Assembly (NCBI GenBank): GCA_964588985.1
Contig: CAZPQW010000002.1
Coordinates: 160,001-224,000, forward strand
DNA length: 64,000 nt
Direction of reading: 5' to 3'
Source: an uncultured Solirubrobacteraceae bacterium
GTDB lineage: Bacteria; Actinomycetota; Thermoleophilia; Solirubrobacterales; Solirubrobacteraceae
Part shown: piece by piece, positions 57,650 through 64,000 of the stretch
How the letters are laid out: every line of letters starts with the position of its first letter
Position numbering within the stretch: the first letter of the stretch is position 1
The notes under the pieces: model-generated
Told to the model about the DNA's origin: nothing
What the model saw: the letters and a program-made list of their open reading frames with translations, nothing else
Databases searched by the model: none
Position numbers and translations under genes: made by a program

Positions 57650-57722
57650 GGGCGATTAGCTCAGCTGGGAGAGCGCCGCCTCGACAAGGCGGAGGTCACT
57701 GGTTCGAGCCCAGTATCGCCCA
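57650..57722 (+). tRNA. tRNA-Val(GAC)
   Basis: Acceptor GGGCGAT/ATCGCCC, anticodon arm CCGCC-TCGACAA-GGCGG, GGTTCGAGCCC. Confidence 0.95.
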
Positions 57723-58174
57723 TAGCGCATTCTAGAGCCAAATATCGGCTCTGGCAACCCTCGCAAATCGGCAGTCCCAGCACCTCGCGGACACAATACG
57801 GACACATTGTCACGCTGGGGATGCTGAGTTGTGCCGCTGCAGCTCCCTGCGGCTCGCTGGGTTGCTACGGCGTCAGAAACGGCCGCTAAGCCGCTGTGCT
57901 GGCCTCGGGCAAGCGGGTAGACCTTCTGTGCAGGCTCTCCGACACTGGCGAGGATCAAGCCGTGCGTGACCAGACGATTACGGGCGCGTGCGAACGTCGA
58001 GCTTGTCGTGCTGACTCCGCACGCCTCGTGGACCCTTCGCCACGACTCTGCGCCGAACGAGCGGGAGGTCGAGATGGTCGACCGGTTTGGGGAGTGGCTC
58101 GATGGCTGATCGAATGCGTTGCTTCCGCAAGCCCCGGGGCTGTCCCGTCCTAACGGCCATGGATCATCGGGCCC

Positions 58175-58483
58175 ATGACTAAGGATCGGACTCGCCGTCG
58201 CCGTGTCGCGCCCCATGTGCGGATCGTGATCGCGCGGTCCAGCGCTCATCCGGTTGAGTACGCGATCGTGCTCCTCGTTGAGCGCGGTGGTGTCTGGCAC
58301 ACGGTGCGGACGTTCGATAACGCCCACGCCTCCGACGAGCACCACGAGCATCGCTACGTGGGGTCGGAGAAGCAGTCGCCAATCGTGACGCACGGACCGC
58401 CGAATGAAGCGATGCATGCCGCAGAAATCAAGCTCTTGGAGGGCTGGAGCGATATCGTTCGTAGCTGGGAGTCGACACGATGA
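58175..58483 (+). CDS. Hypothetical protein with DN-x-H...HxH motif (DUF6516/TumE-like pattern)
   Basis: EYAIVLL...WHTVRTFDNAH...HHEHRY; ATGA overlap with the next gene. Confidence 0.7.
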   Translation: MTKDRTRRRRVAPHVRIVIARSSAHPVEYAIVLLVERGGVWHTVRTFDNAHASDEHHEHRYVGSEKQSPIVTHGPPNEAMHAAEIKLLEGWSDIVRSWESTR

Positions 58484-58824
58484 GCACTATCGACAAGAAG
58501 ACAGACGAGCTGTTCATGGCCGCTAACCACAGCGACGAGAGTCTGGGCTACCCGGATGATGTTGAGTTCGTCCCTGGCGACAAGGACTGGGCCGATGAGG
58601 TCGTGTGGCGCAGTCTCGCTGAGGAGTGCCGCGCCACAGTGATCGTGGACGAGGAGATCGAGCTGATGTTGATCCCGTTTCCGCGCAGCGTCGTGGATCG
58701 GTTGCGGGGGTGCGTTCGTGTGCGCGTCACGCTCAGGCCACACGGGCACATCGCTGCGTTCGCGACGTCGAGCACGCTGGGGCGTCACCCGGTGCGAGAG
58801 ATGCGCGCGCTGGCTCACGCATAG
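58480..58824 (+). CDS. Hypothetical protein coupled to 58175..58483
   Basis: GGGAG RBS, ATGA overlap, acidic N-terminal half and basic C-terminal half. Confidence 0.7.
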   Translation: MSTIDKKTDELFMAANHSDESLGYPDDVEFVPGDKDWADEVVWRSLAEECRATVIVDEEIELMLIPFPRSVVDRLRGCVRVRVTLRPHGHIAAFATSSTLGRHPVREMRALAHA

Positions 58825-59175
58825 GTCATCTCTCTTGGGTCCAGTGCGGGCTCTGGAGTCCCAGCAGCAAAGGTCCCCACTTGTGGTTCCGTTTTGAGCA
58901 AAGCTCGTGTCATCTGAGCGCAGCTAAGCCCAGTAAACACGGGGGATAGCACCCAAAACGAGCCCCAGGCTGATTTTCGAGCCCAGTATCGCCCATGGCC
59001 AGAAAGCCCGGATTTGCAGGGGAGTTCCTTTTTCCGTAGTACTTCGGTGGTACTACAGGTTGCTCGAAGCAAAGTTGGAGGGACATCGAGAGACCTCTTG
59101 GAACACCCAGGCGATGACTCAGGCCTTGACGTTGACGGCCGGCTCGCGGGGATGTCTCGTTCGTGTCTGCCGGCG

Positions 59176-59568
59176 TTAGGCGGCCCTGATGCCCTCGCGC
59201 TTGGCGGCCTTCAGGATCTTTTGATCGAACGACGAGACCGCCGAGCTCGTGTGCTTCGCCGTTGCGAGGCAGTAGGCGCCGGGGAGGCTGATCGGGTGCC
59301 GTTGGCGCAGGCGCGACGCCTCGACCCCGATCGCCTCGTTCGGCTGGTGTACGGTGACGCCGAGGGCGGCGATCGCCTCCCGGGCGGCGGCGAGCTTCGA
59401 CATCTCTGCCGAGGGAGCGATCAGCACCTCGGTGAGGTTCACGACGCTGACCGCGCAGGCATCTTGGTCGTCGCGCCACTTGGTGAACAGCTCGCGGGCG
59501 CGATGATGGTGCGGGTCGTTGCCATCAAGCGCTCCGATCAGGACGTCCGCGTCGAGGAGCAGCTTCAC
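59176..59568 (-). CDS. vapC: VapC/PIN toxin
   Basis: LLLDADVLI, NLTEVL, SLPGAYCLATA, SSFDQK. Confidence 0.9.
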   Translation of the reverse strand: MKLLLDADVLIGALDGNDPHHHRARELFTKWRDDQDACAVSVVNLTEVLIAPSAEMSKLAAAREAIAALGVTVHQPNEAIGVEASRLRQRHPISLPGAYCLATAKHTSSAVSSFDQKILKAAKREGIRAA

Positions 59569-59786
59569 CGCATTTCATCTTCGGCGTCGAGCTGCTCCAG
59601 ATAACCGGCAGGGTAGGTGCCCGTCAGCATCCCGAACGCATCCTCGAAGGTCGTGGTAGCGCGGCGGATCCGCAGCTCCCCGTCACCGCCCGGCTCGACT
59701 GTGACTCGCTCGCCAGCGTGCAGCCCGACCTCGGCGAGCGCCGCGACGGGGATCGTGATCTGGTTCTTGGTCGAGATTCGCGCCAT
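59565..59786 (-). CDS. vapB: AbrB/MazE-type VapB antitoxin
   Basis: ARISTKNQITIP...GL..GE.V...GELRIRR; GTGA coupling to vapC. Confidence 0.9.
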   Translation of the reverse strand: MARISTKNQITIPVAALAEVGLHAGERVTVEPGGDGELRIRRATTTFEDAFGMLTGTYPAGYLEQLDAEDEMR

Positions 59787-59815
59787 GCCTTTACTCTAAC
59801 AGTAAAGGCATGGCG
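59781..59815. promoter_or_regulatory. vapBC operator palindrome overlapping the -10 box and start codon
   Basis: Perfect 15 bp inverted repeat CGCCATGCCTTTACT-CTAAC-AGTAAAGGCATGGCG. Confidence 0.75.
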
Positions 59816-59836
59816 GCTCTCGTGCGGAACGACCTG

Positions 59837-62800
59837 CTAGCGGGCAACTGTCGCGGTGAGCCGGCTGGTGAACCGGCCCGAGCGAAGCACGAGCGCGAGC
59901 TTGAGCGGCTTGCGTCCGGGCCGAATCGGTACACGGATCGACCTTTGGTCTCGCCCGAGCAGCACCGTCCTGCCTGCGAGGATCATCGTGGCGGGGGCCA
60001 GTGTCGCGATCCTGATCGTGAGCGCGGTGGCCTTTCTCGAGGTGCGGTGCGGGATGCGCAGGAGCCGTACGATCGGAACCGACGGGAGGATCGTCACCCG
60101 CACCGAGCTCGTCGCGCTTCGTCCGTGACGGTCGCGCGCGGTGAGCGTGATCACATGCCTGCCCGCGGGCAGCGTGACCGTCGTCGCGTGTTCTCCCGTC
60201 CCGAGGATCAGCCGGCCCGAGCGCCACGTCAGCGAACGGCCGGTCAGCCGCGCGCCGGCATCGTCGAACGCGCTGCCCGTGAGGCTCAGTGCGCCGCCCG
60301 CGGATGCGCGCAGACCCCGGCCGGGGTTCGTGATCACCACCCGGGGTGGAGCGCCGATGGCGAGGAACCTGGGGGAGGTGGCGATGGCCTCGGAGAACCC
60401 GTCTGAGACGTACAGCCGTATGCGCGCGTGCTTGGAGGCACCGAGCTGGCTGCTCGGCATCGTCGCCGAGCCTTGATCGGGTCCACTGAAGACCGTCCGC
60501 CATGTGCGCCCGTCATCCGGCGAGTAGCGGATCGTGGCCTTCAACGGGTCGCCGTCGGCGTCGTGGGAGCGCCATCGGATCACCGCTCCCCGCGGCCCGC
60601 CGACGCGAGCACCACGGCGCGGGAAGACGAGGCTCGCGGTCGGCGCCGTCGAGCTCGCTCGATCGACGGCGATCACCTGGCCGTTCTGGAGGACTTCTAC
60701 CGCCCGCGTGCCCGTCGCCGGGACCCTGCCGACGATGAACAGCTGTGGCGCGGCGCCGTCGAGGTGCACCGAGTACGCGAGTGCGCCCGCGCTCGCGAGC
60801 GGATGCCCGGCGGCGTCACGCGCGATCAGCGAGAACCCTCCGGGCCCGCTCGGAGTCGGCTGGCCTTCGTCGGGCGCCACGCTCATCACCTGCGGACGGC
60901 CGCTGCCGGTGTCGTAGACGACGCTCACGGCGAGCGATCGAGCGGAGCTCGCCTTCGCCGGTGGGCTTCGCCTGGCGAAGAACCCCACCGGACCGGCGAC
61001 GTCGACCGGCACGCCCTCGGCGTATTCGACGTCCCGGTTCCAGTTGCGCACCGACATCCAGACGCTCGAGTTACCTCCGCAGTAGGACATCAGGTCGTAG
61101 ATCTCGCCTCCCGGGGCCGGCAGCGTCGGGTTGTAGGTGATTTCGTAGGGCGAGTTGGAGAGGTCTTCCATACCGAGCAGCCCGACGCCATCCAGGGCGC
61201 CGTCCGCTTCGACGTTCGTCGACGCGACGAACGTGTTCTTGATCGAGCCGCCGACGAAGTTCGTTCCGCCGACGAGCTGGGGCCAGCTCTCGCCGCTCTG
61301 ACCGCCGCTCAGGGCGTCGTCGCCCTTGTCCGGTTCGGTCCCGTTCGCTTCGTCGGCGGCAGTGTCGGCGCCGCTACCGCACTCGACGCCCGCGTGGGTG
61401 CGTCCAATGCCGTGGCTGAACTCGTGCGCCATCGCGCTGAGCGGTCGATCGTCGGTCGCCATCGAGCCGCCGCCCCCCGTCAGCCCGCCGCTGAAGCCAC
61501 CCGCGTTGCGACACGTGTTCGCTACTTCGGCGGACGCCAGCCCCATCGGGTAGCCGATCCGTACGGCGTTTTCGCTCGCCCAGTCGTTCACCGACTGCAG
61601 CAGTTCCGCCGAGCGTTTGCGATACACCTTGCCGGAGAATTCTTCCTTGCTTTCCTTTTCTTCCTGTTTGAGACCGGCACAGCCGGAGAGGGTGCCGCCG
61701 GCGGACGTGGTCTGCACGTAGGGGTTCACCTGCAGCGGCACGGGCATCGCCGCCTCGAGCTTGCTCCACTGCGGGTCGGGCCCGGGGTAGCCCCTCGGGC
61801 CGTGCAGGCCCGCGACGAACGCGATCGGGTTGATCGTCGTCTTACGGACCGCGTTGAAGTGCACTCCGTCGAGGACGATGCCGCGGTTTCTGCAAGCCAC
61901 TTCCGAGCACCCGTTGGAAAAGGCGTTCGGGTCCGGGTTCGCATCCGCCTGCAGGCTGATGTCCCCACGGGTCCATTCGGGCGGAAGCGTGAACGTGTAT
62001 GCGCCGCCGGCGCTGAATCGCTGTCCGGCGCCGACGACGCCGAGCCCGCCGACGGGCACGGCGCTCGGCGCTGGAGGCTTGTCGGGGCCGATCGGCCCGG
62101 GAGCAAGCGTCACGCCGTTGCGGGTCGCCGTCAGGCGCATCGGCGGCAGCGATCCGGCCGCGAGCGGGGTTTCGGAGTTGGCATACACGCGCACCACGGT
62201 CGCGTGGCCTTCGACGAGTTTGACCGTCACAGGGGCGCCCGCGGACCACGGCATCGCGATGCCGCGGTAGGAGACGTGGAACCCGGCTGTCGAGGTGCGC
62301 GTCGGCAGCTCAGGCGTCTGAATCCCCTGCGTCACTTCAAGCGCGTTGACGTGGACTTCCCCGGCTGGTGAGAAGGTCGCGGTCGTCTGCTGCGTGCCGA
62401 AAGCCGTGTCGAGGAAGCATTCGCCTATGCCTTTGCAGCCGCCGCCCGACCATCCGCTGAACGCGGAGCCCGGTTCAGGAGTCGCGTGGAGGTACACGGG
62501 CGTGCCCCACGGGAGGTAGAACGGGCAGAACGCCCCCGAGGATCCGGCGGGCTTCGTGCAGCTGAATTTCGTTCCCGACGCCGCAACGCTGCCGTAGCCG
62601 GTCCCCGCCATCGTGACGCCGACCTCCTGCGGCTCGTGGACGAAGGCACTCACAGTCTGGTTGGCGTTCATCGGTACCGAGCAGACAGGGGTGAGCGAGC
62701 AGCCCGGCCCGAGAAAGCCATCGAACGTGGAGTTCCCCGTCGCGGCGCCGTGAAGGGCGACGACAGCTTCGGGGCTCCACGAGGTGACCTGGCACGCAGT

Positions 62801-63535
62801 CGTGGCGGGCGTCGTTTTGAAACACGTGTGTCCAGAGTCGTCATAGACCTCACCCGTGCCTTCGCCGTAGATCGTGATCGTGAGCGTCGACGGGACAGGT
62901 GCCGGGGTCGTGGTTTCGACCGTCGCCTGCACCGGCACGACTTGTCCGGTGTTCGTTTCGCTGCCCGGCGCGAGTTCGGCGGTCGCGCCGTCTTCGAACG
63001 GGCTGGTGAAGTAGCGGATCCCGTCGAGGCCGGGTGTGCCCTGCTCGATCGGCGAGTTGCCGTCCGCGTTCGTCGGCTGGATCGCGATCGCGTCGCCCGC
63101 GGCGATCGGGATGCTGTCGAGGAACGGGCCGTTCTTGGCGTCGGTGCCGGTTGGTGTCGTCACCTGGACCGGTTTGCTGGTTGCTACCGCGCGCCATTTC
63201 GCGCCGCCCGCAGGCGCGAGGACTCTCAGTACGTACGGGGTGCCCTGTTCGACGCCTGCGCTCATGAAGCTCCAAGAGGTGATCGTCCCGGCTTGCAGCG
63301 CGGTGAGCGTGTAGTTGGCGCTCGCTGCGCCCTGGAACACCGGGATGTTCTGCCCCGTCAACGTCGGCAGGCCTTCGTTGGCCGTGAGGGTCTGCTCGCC
63401 GACGATCGTCGTCGTCGCGAGAGACGGGGCGGCCATCACGAGCATCGTCACCGCGAGCAGGACACACACCGCCGACGACCGAGCGAGGCGCCCGCCGGGC
63501 AGTGATCTTTCCCCCTTCAATCCCGCGCCCCACAC
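59837..63535 (-). CDS. Large secreted multidomain zinc metalloprotease (metzincin)
   Basis: Signal peptide, two InlB-B/Flg_new-like repeats (F.G(W/F).G.GC....C), LEVTQGIQ, AHEFSHGIGRTH, Met-turn DLMSYC, Ig-like C-terminal domains. Confidence 0.8.
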   Translation of the reverse strand: MWGAGLKGERSLPGGRLARSSAVCVLLAVTMLVMAAPSLATTTIVGEQTLTANEGLPTLTGQNIPVFQGAASANYTLTALQAGTITSWSFMSAGVEQGTPYVLRVLAPAGGAKWRAVATSKPVQVTTPTGTDAKNGPFLDSIPIAAGDAIAIQPTNADGNSPIEQGTPGLDGIRYFTSPFEDGATAELAPGSETNTGQVVPVQATVETTTPAPVPSTLTITIYGEGTGEVYDDSGHTCFKTTPATTACQVTSWSPEAVVALHGAATGNSTFDGFLGPGCSLTPVCSVPMNANQTVSAFVHEPQEVGVTMAGTGYGSVAASGTKFSCTKPAGSSGAFCPFYLPWGTPVYLHATPEPGSAFSGWSGGGCKGIGECFLDTAFGTQQTTATFSPAGEVHVNALEVTQGIQTPELPTRTSTAGFHVSYRGIAMPWSAGAPVTVKLVEGHATVVRVYANSETPLAAGSLPPMRLTATRNGVTLAPGPIGPDKPPAPSAVPVGGLGVVGAGQRFSAGGAYTFTLPPEWTRGDISLQADANPDPNAFSNGCSEVACRNRGIVLDGVHFNAVRKTTINPIAFVAGLHGPRGYPGPDPQWSKLEAAMPVPLQVNPYVQTTSAGGTLSGCAGLKQEEKESKEEFSGKVYRKRSAELLQSVNDWASENAVRIGYPMGLASAEVANTCRNAGGFSGGLTGGGGSMATDDRPLSAMAHEFSHGIGRTHAGVECGSGADTAADEANGTEPDKGDDALSGGQSGESWPQLVGGTNFVGGSIKNTFVASTNVEADGALDGVGLLGMEDLSNSPYEITYNPTLPAPGGEIYDLMSYCGGNSSVWMSVRNWNRDVEYAEGVPVDVAGPVGFFARRSPPAKASSARSLAVSVVYDTGSGRPQVMSVAPDEGQPTPSGPGGFSLIARDAAGHPLASAGALAYSVHLDGAAPQLFIVGRVPATGTRAVEVLQNGQVIAVDRASSTAPTASLVFPRRGARVGGPRGAVIRWRSHDADGDPLKATIRYSPDDGRTWRTVFSGPDQGSATMPSSQLGASKHARIRLYVSDGFSEAIATSPRFLAIGAPPRVVITNPGRGLRASAGGALSLTGSAFDDAGARLTGRSLTWRSGRLILGTGEHATTVTLPAGRHVITLTARDRHGRSATSSVRVTILPSVPIVRLLRIPHRTSRKATALTIRIATLAPATMILAGRTVLLGRDQRSIRVPIRPGRKPLKLALVLRSGRFTSRLTATVAR

Positions 63536-63632
63536 AGCGCGTGACTCTATCGTCTAGCCCGTGGTGAGACGCACCCGCCCGCGGCATCTGCGACGGCGGG
63601 CGCCGGTTCTTCAAGCGCGAAGCCGGACCTAC

Positions 63633-63998
63633 TCAGCCGTAGTAACGCCCGATCACCTGAAGCTGGCTGACGAGATCGTGCCCGAGGAACAGCATCACGA
63701 CCGCCGCCCCGACGATCGGAGCCCATCGCCGTCCCGCTCCGCGCACCGCCAGCACAACCACGGCTCCCAGCAGCGGGATCAGCGGTACGAGATACCGCGG
63801 CTCGGCGAACGCACTGGTCTTGTCGATCACATCGCCGTTGTACGACGACACCCCGAGCATCACGAGCACCCCGACCCCGACCGCGGCGTAACCCGCGAAC
63901 TCCGATAGACGAGATCGCAGCGCAGCGCGCCGAGCATAAAGCTCGCGCACGCAGAGTCCGGCGATGATCGCACCCGGTATCAGCGCTACGTTGCCGAC
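63633..63998 (-). CDS. C terminus of a polytopic membrane protein, possibly GT-C/DUF2142-like (5' end outside window)
   Basis: Several TM helices and EPRYLVPLIP; runs off the window edge. Confidence 0.55.
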   Translation of the reverse strand, partial: VGNVALIPGAIIAGLCVRELYARRAALRSRLSEFAGYAAVGVGVLVMLGVSSYNGDVIDKTSAFAEPRYLVPLIPLLGAVVVLAVRGAGRRWAPIVGAAVVMLFLGHDLVSQLQVIGRYYG

Positions 63999-64000
63999 CC

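Larger units (their letters stand above)
57703..58996. mobile_element. Integrase-less mini-island at tRNA-Val
   Basis: Perfect 21 bp direct repeat TTCGAGCCCAGTATCGCCCAT at 57703-57723 and 58976-58996. Confidence 0.85.

Noticed and set aside
57966-58109. 47-codon plus-strand frame inside the tRNA-Val element
   Set aside because: Protein-like but short, with no RBS and no integrase or other motif.
1-64000. CRISPR array or cas operon
   Set aside because: No regularly spaced 25-40 bp repeats with unique spacers and no cas1 or effector genes; the Cas2-like small gene stands alone.

Overview
High-GC actinobacterial chromosome segment; gene content and style suggest Thermoleophilia/Solirubrobacterales (inference). 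The housekeeping backbone includes a K+-independent membrane pyrophosphatase, an APC-USP permease with two TrkA/RCK proteins, ABC and MFS exporters, msrB/amt/msrA, a ubiA-dprE1-dprE2-like operon, dprA-comM, a c-di-AMP riboswitch-controlled NlpC/P60 hydrolase, two paralogous GGDEF-EAL genes and a WS/DGAT. Four tRNA genes (Gln-CTG, Gly-GCC, Cys-GCA, Val-GAC) are each followed by accessory DNA carrying toxin-antitoxin or abortive-infection genes, yet no integrase is encoded in the window. The strongest leads for undescribed systems are: (i) a 1.27 kb integrase-less element bounded by a perfect 21 bp repeat of the tRNA-Val 3' end, carrying one unfamiliar coupled gene pair; (ii) a roughly 9.7 kb island after tRNA-Gly with an AbiJ/Abi_C gene, a 2-TM plus Cas2/VapD-like gene pair, HicBA and five XRE genes; (iii) arm-like tandem repeats or att-like scars after every tRNA. 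A plant-AMT2-like ammonium transporter and several point-inactivated genes are also present. No CRISPR array or rRNA was seen. All family assignments come from motif recognition by eye; no database search was run.
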